This document shows, piece by piece, positions 47,744-57,904 of a DNA stretch of 64,000 nt. The notes under the pieces are model-generated. The model saw only the letters and a program-made list of their open reading frames with translations. It was not told the DNA's origin and searched no databases. The position numbers and the translations under genes were made by a program. Positions within the stretch are counted from its first letter, which is position 1; the number at the start of each line of letters is the position of its first letter. Origin of the DNA: Patescibacteria group bacterium (GTDB taxonomy: Bacteria > Patescibacteriota > Patescibacteriia > UBA1558 > GWA2-36-10); contig JAHJQF010000001.1 in the NCBI GenBank assembly GCA_018819405.1, positions 817,469 to 881,468 of the forward strand, in the 5' to 3' direction.

Positions 47744-48145
47744 TTATTTTTTATTATTTACATTTATTTTGATACTTTTTGCTCTAGCATCAATCTCTTT
47801 TGGCAGACTGATTTTTAAGAGACCATTTTCAAAATCAGCCTGTGCCTTGTCAGCTTTGACAGAGCTTGGCAAAACTATACTGCGATGAAAGGATCCACTC
47901 CTAACTTCTTTGCGGTAATAATTTTTTTCATCAATTTCTGAAGAAGTCTCGCGTCTGCCCTCAATGGTCAAAACATCATCGTGGACGTTTATCTCCACAT
48001 CCTGAGGCTTAATGCCGGCCAGTGTTGCCTCAACTACAACATTGTCTTTTTCTTCATACACATCAATGGCTGGTACAAAATTTTGGAAATTATTTTCCAA
48101 ATTTTCAAAAGTGTCTAATAATGGACTCCATGGTATTAATGTCAT
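47744..48145 (-). CDS. Hsp20/alpha-crystallin small heat-shock protein
   Basis: PAIDVYE, GSFHRSIVLP, ADFENGLLKISLPK. Confidence 0.95.
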   Translation of the reverse strand: MTLIPWSPLLDTFENLENNFQNFVPAIDVYEEKDNVVVEATLAGIKPQDVEINVHDDVLTIEGRRETSSEIDEKNYYRKEVRSGSFHRSIVLPSSVKADKAQADFENGLLKISLPKEIDARAKSIKINVNNKK

Positions 48146-48217
48146 AATTATCTTCTCCTTCCTAACCCGTTGTTATATTTGTATAATTTACGGGTTCTTA
48201 ATTTATTATTAAATTAA

Positions 48218-48688
48218 TTATATATTATTGATAATCACTTTGGCTGGTCTGATGACCATATTATCTATTTTATAACCTATTTGCTTTTCTTCCACTATTA
48301 TGTGATCTTCATTTTTGTCATCACTTACTTGTCCGACTGATTCGTGTAAATTGGCGTCAAATTTTTCTCCGACAGCCTTTATTTTTTTAACGTTGCGTTC
48401 GTTTAGAAAGCCGTCCCACATCCTCAGGATATGTTCTAGGCCTACTGCCCATGATTCATTTTTTTGATCCTTCGGAATATGATTGATAGCTGTCTGATAA
48501 TTATCAAATATGGGCAAAAGCTGCAAAATAATATCTGATCTGACAAATATACTTAAATCTTTTAGGCGCTTATCTGTCTCTTTCTGAAGGTTCTGATAAT
48601 CAGCCAGAGCTTTTTGCCAGCCAGCTAGATTCTCATCAGCCATCAATTTGTAGTCTATTTTTTCATGTTTATGTTTTTTGTCTTTCAT
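48218..48688 (-). CDS. grpE: Nucleotide exchange factor GrpE
   Basis: ADYQNLQK, LLPIFDN, GEKFDANLHE, GY..VIRPAKV. Confidence 0.93.
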   Translation of the reverse strand: MKDKKHKHEKIDYKLMADENLAGWQKALADYQNLQKETDKRLKDLSIFVRSDIILQLLPIFDNYQTAINHIPKDQKNESWAVGLEHILRMWDGFLNERNVKKIKAVGEKFDANLHESVGQVSDDKNEDHIIVEEKQIGYKIDNMVIRPAKVIINNI

Positions 48689-48749
48689 CCCGTTAGACCC
48701 ATTAAAAATTAATTAAATAAATATTTTTATCTTTCAATTTATATCCAAA
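48686..48749. repeat. Dispersed repeat abutting the grpE start codon
   Basis: Near-identical to 19112-19175. Confidence 0.85.
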
Positions 48750-48769
48750 CCCAAGTTATAGTAAATTTT

Positions 48770-49429
48770 TTACTTGATAATTTTTACTGTTTGTTCCAAT
48801 AATCCCAATACTCTATTATAATCCATCCTAGTTGGTCCCAAAATAGCTAAAAGCATATTATCCGGCAAGGGTGCAATGGCCACTGAGCAGTCTTCACTAA
48901 ATGGGTTGTCAGGGCCAATCAATATCTCTGGAGCAGTTATATTGTTATAAATTTCTGAAATAGCTTTTTCCAAACTGTCTACTACCTGACTCATAGACAA
49001 TACCATTTTGTAATCTTCAAATTCTGGTTGAGAAAACAAATTGAAAAGACCAGTAAAATAATAATCATTCGGAGCTAGTCCTACGATAGTAGCTAGATTT
49101 GTCTTATCTACCAAAAGCTTGGCCAAATCTCTAATATCCTTTTTATAAGCTTTTTCCAATTCCTTTTGTTCATTGCTATTTGGAGATTTTATAGACAACA
49201 AATTGTCCAGATAATACCTATATCCAGAAATAGTAGGAATACGTCCGGCAGACGTATGAGGTTGTGCAATATAACCCTGAGACTCCAATTCATACATATC
49301 ATTTCTGATAGTAGCCGATGACACCTCAAAGCTCTCCTCGTCACACAAAGTTTTTGATGCTACCGGACGGGCAGTTTTTATATATATATCAATAATTGCC
49401 TTGAGCAGTTTTTGACTTCTATTTTCCAT
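48770..49429 (-). CDS. hrcA: Heat-inducible repressor HrcA (short form)
   Basis: SSATIRNDM..QPHTSAGRIPT..GYRYY; GPTRMDY; start at MENRSQ (49429); CIRCE upstream. Confidence 0.93.
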   Translation of the reverse strand: MENRSQKLLKAIIDIYIKTARPVASKTLCDEESFEVSSATIRNDMYELESQGYIAQPHTSAGRIPTISGYRYYLDNLLSIKSPNSNEQKELEKAYKKDIRDLAKLLVDKTNLATIVGLAPNDYYFTGLFNLFSQPEFEDYKMVLSMSQVVDSLEKAISEIYNNITAPEILIGPDNPFSEDCSVAIAPLPDNMLLAILGPTRMDYNRVLGLLEQTVKIIK

Positions 49430-49502
49430 CCCGTACAAAAATTTAATATTATTCATTAACTCTACTTTTATCCCGAAAAATTTTATTAAATTTTATACGG
49501 GA
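49429..49502. repeat. Inverted-repeat element (CCCGT family) in the hrcA 5' UTR
   Basis: TCCCGTACAAAAATTTAATA ... TATTAAATTTTATACGGGA. Confidence 0.75.
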
Positions 49503-49514
49503 CACGTACAATAC

Positions 49515-49553
49515 ATTATAAACAAATTAGCACTCGCCGTCAAGGAGTGCTAA
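49515..49553 (-). promoter_or_regulatory. CIRCE operator overlapping a sigma70 promoter
   Basis: Perfect TTAGCACTC-N9-GAGTGCTAA at 49527-49553; -35 TTGACG (49543-49538), 17 nt, -10 TATAAT (49520-49515). Confidence 0.96.
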
Positions 49554-49584
49554 CAAATAAATAAATTTTATCTAATTTTAGCTA

Positions 49585-50820
49585 TTATTCTCTTCTTAAA
49601 GCTGTGATTGGATCAAGGTCAGCTGCTCGCTTGGCTGGATAAAGGCCAAAAATCAGACCAACTATTACTGAAAATCCAAGCGCCAAAAATATACCTGGTA
49701 TAGAAAGAGAAAATGCCCAATCAAAATTATAATAATTGGCTACCAAATAAACAAAATAAATTAAAACAATACCAAAAATTACCCCATAAAATCCGCCTTG
49801 AACAGTAATTACCACTGCCTCAGCTAAAAACTGTTTTAAGATACTAGATTTACTGGCACCAACTGCTTTTCTCAATCCTATTTCAAAAGTACGCTCAGCT
49901 ACTGTAGCATACATAATATTCATAATGCCCACTCCTCCCACTACCAGTGATACAGCGGCTAAAGCAATCAAAAGTAAAGTAACACCACCAATGATAGTAT
50001 TTAAAAGATCTTGAGTATCAGCCATAGACATTACTTCAAAGTCATCCCTATCTGGATCACTAATGTCATGATTTTCTCTAAAAATTTTCTGTATAGTATC
50101 TACGGCTTCATCCTCACGATTGGGATCAGTCAGATGGGAAGTAATAGACATCACATGGTCAATGCCCAAAAGTTTCTTTTGTGTGGTCTGTAGTGGTATA
50201 TAAACCAATTCATCCATATTAAAGAAAAACACAGTGCCTCGTGGTGCGGCTACTCCAATTACTTTGTAATTCTGTTTATTTATTTTTATGTTTTCGCCCA
50301 CTGATGGTGAAACACCAAATAATTTTTCTTTGACCTCACTACCTAAAACTACTACTTGAGACAAATTGTCATCTTCCTCCTGAGTAAAAAATCTTCCCTC
50401 AGCTATTTCAGTAGCATCAATATCAATGAAATCTTCGGTCACTCCGTATATCAAAGATTTTTTGATATTACCTTGCCAAGAGACAATTTCTTGTGCCGTC
50501 ACTGCAGAATAAGCCTTGTCTATATACGGTAAATCCAAAATATCCCAACGATCTTTTTCAGTCATAGTGGTAATCACCACTCCCTGAGCTTGGCTAAAAC
50601 TGCCACCTCCTGATTTTGGAACCCTGACTTCAGATTGTATAAAATCAGCACCAAAGCTAGCTACCTGATCATAAACAAAAGATTTTATACTATCACCAGC
50701 CGAAACTATGACCGTAACTGAAGTAATACCTATCATCACACCCAAAATAGTCAAAAAAGTCCTAAGCCTATTTTTGCTCAGTGCGTTGGTTGCAATATAA
50801 ATAGCACCTAAAAATTTCAT
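49585..50820 (-). CDS. MacB/FtsX-type ABC permease
   Basis: RTFLTILGVMIG, GGVGIMNIM..ERTFEIGLRKAVGA. Confidence 0.93.
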   Translation of the reverse strand: MKFLGAIYIATNALSKNRLRTFLTILGVMIGITSVTVIVSAGDSIKSFVYDQVASFGADFIQSEVRVPKSGGGSFSQAQGVVITTMTEKDRWDILDLPYIDKAYSAVTAQEIVSWQGNIKKSLIYGVTEDFIDIDATEIAEGRFFTQEEDDNLSQVVVLGSEVKEKLFGVSPSVGENIKINKQNYKVIGVAAPRGTVFFFNMDELVYIPLQTTQKKLLGIDHVMSITSHLTDPNREDEAVDTIQKIFRENHDISDPDRDDFEVMSMADTQDLLNTIIGGVTLLLIALAAVSLVVGGVGIMNIMYATVAERTFEIGLRKAVGASKSSILKQFLAEAVVITVQGGFYGVIFGIVLIYFVYLVANYYNFDWAFSLSIPGIFLALGFSVIVGLIFGLYPAKRAADLDPITALRRE

Positions 50821-50823
50821 AAT

Positions 50824-52068
50824 TTATTCATAACGCAAAGCTTCTACTGGTTGCAAAGAAGCTGCCTTTTTAGCTGGATACCAACCAAAAGTCAAAGCCA
50901 CTAAAACCGTAAAAAATACTGACAATAATATTGATGATACTGGTATCACAAAATCCCAATCATAGCCCAAAGTATTGGCTACAATACTTATTAAAAATGA
51001 TATAAAAACACCCCAAATAAGGCCTATTAGACCACCTAAAAAAGTCAAAATAATAGTCTGAATCAGAAAATGCATACTAATATCTCGCCGAGTGGCACCG
51101 ACTGCTTTCCTCAGTCCTATTTCTTTGGTACTTTCAGTAACAGAAACAAGCATAATATTCATAATACCAATACCCCCTACTATCAGAGATATGCCCGCCA
51201 CCAAACCCAAAAAATAATTTAAAGCATTTGTAATGTCAGTCAAAGTATTAAGATTTTCTTCAGAACTACGCACCGAAAAATCATCCTGCTCAGGATCATC
51301 TATATTGTGCTGACTACGAAGTACTGATTTGACTTCTTCCATCACATAGTTTACATCAGCTCCTGGGTCTACCTTGGCTCTAGCAAAACTGAGATAATTA
51401 ATACCCAACATCAATTTTTGAGCGGTCAAAAGGGGAATAAAGATTTGATTATCCTGATCTTGAAATCCTACCGTGCCCCTCTCCTTCATGACTCCTATTA
51501 CCCTAAAAGACTCTTTATTTACTTTTATACGCTGGTCAATTGGATTAGATGTACCACCAAAAAGATCATCGGCTACTTTGCTTCCTAATACTGCCACTCT
51601 ACTTATGGTCTTATCATCCTCGGCTGTAAAAAAATGACCAGAGACAATCTCTGCTCCTGTTTCTACAGATAAATAATTTGATGTTGTGCCTAAAAAACTA
51701 GTGTCTGATGTTTTGCTTTGCCAAGAAGTAGTGCAGACTCCTCTGACATAAGAGGCAGCCGCTATCACACTATCAACTTGCTCCTCTATAGCCTCTATAT
51801 CGGCTTGGACCAAAGTAGTGATATTAATACCCATCACTGAAGCAGGTGGCTCATCTTCATCACTACCACCTGGTAAAATACCTAGAAGGTCACTGCCAAT
51901 ACCATTAATTTGATTGGTAATAAGACTTTGTGCACCAGCCCCACCTGACATAATAATAATTACTGAAGAAATACCAATTACAATTCCCAAAGACGTCAAA
52001 AAAGAGCGCATCTTGTTTACCTTCAGCGCAGCAATAGTACCTAAATAAGTTTTGAAATCAATGCGCAT
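50824..52068 (-). CDS. MacB/FtsX-type ABC permease
   Basis: RSFLTSLGIVIG, GGIGIMNIM..EIGLRKAVGA. Confidence 0.93.
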   Translation of the reverse strand: MRIDFKTYLGTIAALKVNKMRSFLTSLGIVIGISSVIIIMSGGAGAQSLITNQINGIGSDLLGILPGGSDEDEPPASVMGINITTLVQADIEAIEEQVDSVIAAASYVRGVCTTSWQSKTSDTSFLGTTSNYLSVETGAEIVSGHFFTAEDDKTISRVAVLGSKVADDLFGGTSNPIDQRIKVNKESFRVIGVMKERGTVGFQDQDNQIFIPLLTAQKLMLGINYLSFARAKVDPGADVNYVMEEVKSVLRSQHNIDDPEQDDFSVRSSEENLNTLTDITNALNYFLGLVAGISLIVGGIGIMNIMLVSVTESTKEIGLRKAVGATRRDISMHFLIQTIILTFLGGLIGLIWGVFISFLISIVANTLGYDWDFVIPVSSILLSVFFTVLVALTFGWYPAKKAASLQPVEALRYE

Positions 52069-52144
52069 CCCGTTAGAAATTAGGGCAAAAATTATTTATT
52101 AATTATTTTACAATCCCGCAGAAGATTTTAAATTCCTAACGGGA
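52066..52144. repeat. Inverted-repeat element (CCCGTTAG family) abutting a start codon
   Basis: TCCCGTTAGAAATT (52068-52081) ... AATTCCTAACGGGA (52131-52144); 13 of 14 positions complementary. Confidence 0.8.
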
Positions 52145-52150
52145 CGCATT

Positions 52151-52861
52151 TTATTTTAATTGACCATGTATAGATTCGGCTCTTACAACATCTTTGTTTT
52201 TTTCATCAGTGGTAATTTTACCATCCATCATAGTAATAATACGTCTGGCATAACGGGCTGTATTTGATTCATGAGTTACCAATACTACTGTCTTACCTAT
52301 TCTATTTAGCTCCGCCAAAATAGACATAATCTGTATGCCTGATTTTGAATCCAAATTTCCAGTCGGCTCATCGGCAAAAATAATATCTGGTTTGTTGACC
52401 AAAGCTCTAGCAATGGCCACGCGTTGTTTTTCGCCACCTGAAAGCTGGTTGGATAAATAATCACGCCTATGTTCCAAACCGACACTTTTGATTGCCTCTT
52501 CTACCACATGAGTGTCTCTGCTACTATTACTATAAAGCAAAGGGAGTTTGACATTATCCCAGACAGAAGTCTTGGGCAACAGGTTAAAACTTTGAAAAAT
52601 AAAACCAACTCGTTTATTTCTATAATTTGCCAAAGTGTCATCATCCAAAATACTGACATCTTTGTTGTCAAAATAATATTTACCACTGGTCAGAGTATCC
52701 AAAAACCCTAGGATATGCATCAAAGTTGATTTACCAGATCCAGAGGGACCCATAATAGCAATAAACTCGCCACGGTCAATCTTGAGACTTACACCGTGTA
52801 GGACTTTGGTTTTTACTTCGTCATTTACAAACTCTTTATATATGTCTTTTAATTCTATCAT
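52151..52861 (-). CDS. ABC ATPase (MacB/LolD-like)
   Basis: [26 protein letters not shown]. Confidence 0.95.
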   Translation of the reverse strand: MIELKDIYKEFVNDEVKTKVLHGVSLKIDRGEFIAIMGPSGSGKSTLMHILGFLDTLTSGKYYFDNKDVSILDDDTLANYRNKRVGFIFQSFNLLPKTSVWDNVKLPLLYSNSSRDTHVVEEAIKSVGLEHRRDYLSNQLSGGEKQRVAIARALVNKPDIIFADEPTGNLDSKSGIQIMSILAELNRIGKTVVLVTHESNTARYARRIITMMDGKITTDEKNKDVVRAESIHGQLK

Positions 52862-52864
52862 AGT

Positions 52865-54526
52865 TTATTGACCATTTTTTATATAAGTTACTACCTGGTC
52901 ACCGTCATTTAAACCAGAAGTTATTTCTATCAAGCCTCCATCTCCCCTCAATCCTGTCTCAACTTCTACTTCTGACAGACTCTTGCCGTCAAATATCTGG
53001 ACATATTTTTTGCCTTCACGGTAGATCACTGCTCTTGAAGGCACAATGAGCACACCCTCACGACTATCTGTACCAATCGCCAAATCAGCGGTCATACCAG
53101 ATTTTATCCTTTCATCTTTTTCATTAAAAAAAATTTTTACTTGATAATAAACCACTCCGTCAATAATTGTAGAGGCCGGATCTATAAAAGTAACCGTACC
53201 AGAAAATTTGTCTTCTGAAGAAAAAGCATCTAAAGTTACATCTACTTGGTGCCCGACTGCCAATTTTACAATATCTGACTCCGGCACATCTACCTGAATC
53301 TGCATATTACTCATACCTATCATAGAAATAACCGGCGTAGACATTGCTGTCTGCTCACCCACATCAAAATTTACTTTGGTAACTAGGCCATCTACCGGTG
53401 CCTTGATGACAGTCTCTGACCAATCACTAAGATATCTATTTAAAGTTGCTTCAGCTCTTTTGATTCTAGCCTTGGTAGCTTCTATCTCAAAATCACGCGG
53501 TGGCGCTTTTTTGAAATCTAGCTTAGCCTCGGCTAAATTGAGACTAGCTTGAGCGCTAGAAAGTGCATTATTAGCATCTACAATCTGATTTTGATAATAC
53601 AAGCTTCTGGTTCTAATATCAGATGCGGCACTCTGAATCACAGCTATACCAGTATTAATAGCTGTACTTTTGGTACTAATATTTGATTTATAAGCGTCAA
53701 TATTGGTGTCTGAGTAGTGCCCATAAATCAAAGCGGCTACCATAGAATCAAATGATTTGTTGAGTGCATCAAGGGTCAAAGACAAAGTGCTTTGTAAATG
53801 ATCCAAAGACGCTAAAATATCTTCATCACTACTAGTCTCTTCAGCCTGAGCAATCAAATCTACATCTTCATCATAGCTTGCTTTGGCAATATAATAATTA
53901 TTTTTGGCTTCAGTCAAAGCCACAATATCACTGACATAAAGATCACGATCTGCATCGTCATCTAAAATAGCGTCATAAACCGTTTCCAAAGAATACAAGA
54001 TAATAGAATATTTATCATTTAAGGCATTGATGGCAATCTGTCTCAAACTTTTTAGCTCGTTGTCTCTGGTTGATTCTAGATTTGCCAAATTATCAATAGC
54101 TGTATTATAGCTAACTTGAGCTGTAGCTACTTCCTCTTCGGTAACTTTGAGATCCTGATGACTGGCTCCAGCCAAAAGCTCGTCCAGCTCCAACTGTGCT
54201 ATCTCTAAGCTGGCTCTGGCATCAGATACTTGGGATGACACATTTCCGGCAAATAATCTAGCCAGAGTCTGCCCAGATCTCACTTCATCGCCCGCCTTTA
54301 CCAACATTTCCTGCAAAGTGCCGGCTGTCTTAAAATTTAGGTCAATATCATCTGCTGCTTCAACCGAGCCAGTCACTTCTACAGTCTGCCTAATATCACC
54401 TATATAGGCCGTTTCGGTCACATAATTAACCTCGGTTTTGGATAAACGGCTAAAAACTACAACTGCTACGATAATTAAAACAACAATTATAGCCCAAAAC
54501 CATTTTTTCTTTACTAATTTAAGCAT
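52865..54526 (-). CDS. Efflux periplasmic adaptor subunit (MacA/HlyD-like) with long coiled coil
   Basis: N-terminal TM; VKAGDEV..LARL and IKAPVDG lipoyl halves; GMTA; VETGL. Confidence 0.9.
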   Translation of the reverse strand: MLKLVKKKWFWAIIVVLIIVAVVVFSRLSKTEVNYVTETAYIGDIRQTVEVTGSVEAADDIDLNFKTAGTLQEMLVKAGDEVRSGQTLARLFAGNVSSQVSDARASLEIAQLELDELLAGASHQDLKVTEEEVATAQVSYNTAIDNLANLESTRDNELKSLRQIAINALNDKYSIILYSLETVYDAILDDDADRDLYVSDIVALTEAKNNYYIAKASYDEDVDLIAQAEETSSDEDILASLDHLQSTLSLTLDALNKSFDSMVAALIYGHYSDTNIDAYKSNISTKSTAINTGIAVIQSAASDIRTRSLYYQNQIVDANNALSSAQASLNLAEAKLDFKKAPPRDFEIEATKARIKRAEATLNRYLSDWSETVIKAPVDGLVTKVNFDVGEQTAMSTPVISMIGMSNMQIQVDVPESDIVKLAVGHQVDVTLDAFSSEDKFSGTVTFIDPASTIIDGVVYYQVKIFFNEKDERIKSGMTADLAIGTDSREGVLIVPSRAVIYREGKKYVQIFDGKSLSEVEVETGLRGDGGLIEITSGLNDGDQVVTYIKNGQ

Positions 54527-54595
54527 AATTTTAAAATTATTTTTCTTTACCTTATATTATAATTATACCTCAAAAACAAATGTTTTCCAAACAAC

Positions 54596-54636
54596 AAAAA
54601 AGCCTGGCTCAAAAAAATTTTGAGTAGGCTTTTTTT
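54596..54636 (-). terminator. Terminator after the pilin gene
   Basis: AAAAAGCCT..CTCAAAA / TTTTGAG..AGGCTTTTT. Confidence 0.7.
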
Positions 54637-54652
54637 CTAAAAAATATCAAAC

Positions 54653-55138
54653 TTACCTCAAAACCTTGATTGTCTGGCTGTTGTAAGTTTCGCAAGCTCC
54701 CACATGCAGAGCACCATTAGCATCCTTCATAAGATAATACCCCGTATTGGTAGTAGCCGCACTACTTGATTTTGGATCATAAGGTATGGCTGGCAAATAT
54801 CCAGCGGTCACCAAAGGATCTAACCAAATTAGCCCATTGGTAGTGGTAGCTGAAGCAGAACAATCATAGCCTGTATCAGTACCTGCATAATTAGCAACCA
54901 TACATGGAGTTGGCCCATCAATACAAGTAGCTGAACTGGTAGGATTTGTACCATTGTTATCAGCAACATAAGTATTCCAGGCATCGGCAATAGCTGTGAC
55001 ATCAGCCCAACGCTGAGCATTGTAAGCTTCACCAATTCTCTTGGCAGGATTTAAAGCTACAAAGGTAGCGGCCGCTAGTAGAGCAATAATGGCTACTACG
55101 ATGATGAGCTCTACCAGAGTAAAACCTTTTTGTCTCAT
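54653..55138 (-). CDS. Type IV pilin (probable major pilin)
   Basis: KGFTLVELIIVVAII class III signal; GYLPAIPYDP; own terminator. Confidence 0.9.
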   Translation of the reverse strand: MRQKGFTLVELIIVVAIIALLAAATFVALNPAKRIGEAYNAQRWADVTAIADAWNTYVADNNGTNPTSSATCIDGPTPCMVANYAGTDTGYDCSASATTTNGLIWLDPLVTAGYLPAIPYDPKSSSAATTNTGYYLMKDANGALHVGACETYNSQTIKVLR

Positions 55139-55244
55139 AATTTTATTTATTAATATTTTATATTAATATTATTATAGCATACTTTCGCCAAAAAAAATAG
55201 GAAATATCAACAGCTTATATTATATCATAAATATTTAGATTTCT

Positions 55245-57020
55245 CTATATACCCTGAAATTTGACATTTATATCAAATAAATCAGCACCGTTTTCTATGG
55301 TGTAACTAAAAATTTGGTAGCCCTGAAGTTGTATTTTTTCTTTATCTATTTGGCTAATATTAGATAAAATATTTAATATATACTCATCTTTAGCCATCAA
55401 AAATATAAATTTTATAGTAGCTTTTAGTGTGTCTCCTGGCACAAACTCCTCGGCCGGAGGGTCAGCTGATATAAGTGAGGAGGACAATACCTGAGGGATA
55501 ATATAATACCCTTCTCTGGCATATTGCTGGTTTAGATAAGGCAGTATTGCCTCGCCAGCTTGGTTTTCCAATGAGTCCAAAGAGCTCTCATAATCAGCGT
55601 CAGTAAGTATTTCATATTCAAAATCTATATTAAAATATTCACCTAAAACAAAATTGTCAATATCACCTCTACTAGCATTACTGACGAAAATATGACGGGT
55701 CATACTTTCTGTCTGCTGAATATTGTCTACTGGACTAGCCTGCTCTGTTGGCACAACCGATATTTCTTCAACTGGCTTGGAAAAATAACCAGAGATATTA
55801 TCTTTGAAAATATATATAGCCAAAGCACCAACAATCAACAAGGCCATTAGCAAAAACAGCCAAATCTTTTTGAAGTTAAATTTTAATTTTTTTGCTTGTT
55901 TTTTTCCAGAATCTTTACTACTATCTTCTGATTTATTATTTTTGCTTGTTTTATCATTTTCAGATGATTTATCTTTTGGCAAATTACTATAAAAGTCTAT
56001 TTCTGTATTTTCCTGAGCTAACCTAGCTAGACCAATAGCATTGATATATTTACTTGGTGATATTCCTTGCTTAAATAGATTACTATGCACAAAAGGCTGG
56101 CCTATATATGCCGGCAAATTTAAATTCTGGCCAAAGTATTGATCAATGCCCTTCATTTGAGCCAGACCGCCAACCAAGACAACTTGCTCTATCTTTTTAC
56201 CAGAATTATCCTCAAAATGCGTAATAAATCTTTTTAGCTCATCTATCAGCGGTTGAAATTGACCCTGAATAATAAGCATAATTTCCCCATTGCCATCTGG
56301 AGTTAAGCCAATGTCTCTTTTCTTTTCTTCAGCAGTGCTATGAGATATATTGAGTTTTTTGGCAATAGCGCTGGTCAGATTATTTCCGGCAATATTTATG
56401 TTTATACTGGAATAAATACCATTATCATCAAAGACAGAAGCAATGGTTGTCCTGGCGCCAATATCCAAAAGTAAAGTGATATTTTTTTTGAACTCATCAT
56501 CTAATCCAGCAAATGAACTGACAGCCTCTGAAGTAATAAATTGAATATCAATACCAAGCTCTGAAAAAACTTTTACCAAATCATAAACTATATCTATCTC
56601 AGCCGCCGAATAAAAAACCTCTCTCTGTTCTCCATTTGATTTGAGAATTTTGGCTGCTGATACCAAACTAGCCCTATTCTCTGGAAATAATTCTTCAGCT
56701 TTATTGCTAGCTGCTCTTATCAAATCCTTGTCTTTGAGATTTTTTGGCAAGGTAAAAACTTTGGAATAGATTTTTGATTCTGGAACAGACAGTGCCACTT
56801 TTTTGTAACTTTCCATTGAATGTGGCTGCCCGTTTTTGAGCATTTTTAAGATGGCCTCTTTCAATCTATTTTTATCCAAAATCCTACCATCATCTACAAT
56901 CTCAGGAGAAAGACGAAAACGAGAATAAGCATCTATATCAAAATGCCCTCGGGACTTGTCTATTGCCACAGCCTCAATAGAAAAATCTGAAATATCTATA
57001 CCTATTGTATTTTTTGCCAT
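55245..57020 (-). CDS. pilM: PilM-like protein fused to a TM helix and extracellular domain
   Basis: IGIDIS, LLDIGARTT, VGGLAQMKG, AIGLA, then a K/D/S linker, a TM helix and about 185 further residues. Confidence 0.82.
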   Translation of the reverse strand: MAKNTIGIDISDFSIEAVAIDKSRGHFDIDAYSRFRLSPEIVDDGRILDKNRLKEAILKMLKNGQPHSMESYKKVALSVPESKIYSKVFTLPKNLKDKDLIRAASNKAEELFPENRASLVSAAKILKSNGEQREVFYSAAEIDIVYDLVKVFSELGIDIQFITSEAVSSFAGLDDEFKKNITLLLDIGARTTIASVFDDNGIYSSININIAGNNLTSAIAKKLNISHSTAEEKKRDIGLTPDGNGEIMLIIQGQFQPLIDELKRFITHFEDNSGKKIEQVVLVGGLAQMKGIDQYFGQNLNLPAYIGQPFVHSNLFKQGISPSKYINAIGLARLAQENTEIDFYSNLPKDKSSENDKTSKNNKSEDSSKDSGKKQAKKLKFNFKKIWLFLLMALLIVGALAIYIFKDNISGYFSKPVEEISVVPTEQASPVDNIQQTESMTRHIFVSNASRGDIDNFVLGEYFNIDFEYEILTDADYESSLDSLENQAGEAILPYLNQQYAREGYYIIPQVLSSSLISADPPAEEFVPGDTLKATIKFIFLMAKDEYILNILSNISQIDKEKIQLQGYQIFSYTIENGADLFDINVKFQGI

Positions 57021-57037
57021 ATTAAAAATTTATTTTA

Positions 57038-57895
57038 TTACAAACACTCCGAAACACAGCTACCACAATCAACGGCGCAATATGGATTTCTTGTACACCC
57101 AACCGGAGAGGTAAAAGTCAGATTAGAACCACCGCAACTTACTCCAGTATAATCACAGGCCTCCCCGCCAGCATAAGCAGCGCTACAGGTAGCATTACAA
57201 TAGCCACTTCCTGATTGTAGCGTACCATCACCGCAACTTTCTGTCACTACATTGCCGTCATCGCAAGTTTCATTGAGACCCAAACTGGCACTACAGTCGG
57301 CACTACAACCACCTACAGTAGTATCACCATCACCACAGCTCTCTGTCACTGTATTACTATCATCACAAGCCTCATCGCCTTCTATAGTACCATTGCCACA
57401 GACTGCACAAACTCCACAATCAGCTCCACAGGTTGAACAAGTCTCAATACCATTACAAGAGCTGTCGCCACAATAAGTAAAAGAATTATAAGACATGTTT
57501 GAATTTTTGTAAGAATATATAGAAACAGGTGTAGTAGAAACATTGACCATTACAATCACCGTATCTTCCCAATAACCCACGTCAGAGGTGGTACTGGCAG
57601 TCGACGTCACAGTTTTTAAGCCTCCATCTATAACCGAGCTTATTTCATAATAACATTTTGTACCAAGCTCAGACAAATAATAAGTGCCTGTGGCATCAGT
57701 ACTTGATGCTATCCTATATAGTGCATCATCAATACAAGCATTGTTTTCTACTGATACCTGCTCTGATTCACTGACATGATAGCTGGAAGTCAAATCAGAA
57801 ATATTCAATAATGATACAGTCAAACCAGCTACAATCGTCAAAGTAGTAATCATTATCACAAATATCAAGGCTATAGCTCCTTTATTATTTATCAT
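57038..57895 (-). CDS. PilX-like minor pilin with Cys-rich repeats
   Basis: KGAIALIFV; CGNG..EACDDSN / ETCDDGN repeats (Myxococcus cysteine-rich-like). Confidence 0.78.
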   Translation of the reverse strand: MINNKGAIALIFVIMITTLTIVAGLTVSLLNISDLTSSYHVSESEQVSVENNACIDDALYRIASSTDATGTYYLSELGTKCYYEISSVIDGGLKTVTSTASTTSDVGYWEDTVIVMVNVSTTPVSIYSYKNSNMSYNSFTYCGDSSCNGIETCSTCGADCGVCAVCGNGTIEGDEACDDSNTVTESCGDGDTTVGGCSADCSASLGLNETCDDGNVVTESCGDGTLQSGSGYCNATCSAAYAGGEACDYTGVSCGGSNLTFTSPVGCTRNPYCAVDCGSCVSECL

Positions 57896-57904
57896 GAATT
57901 TTTA

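Noticed and set aside
49430-49456. Longer HrcA start
   Set aside because: Lies within the inverted-repeat element; MENRSQ at 49429 fits the family start.
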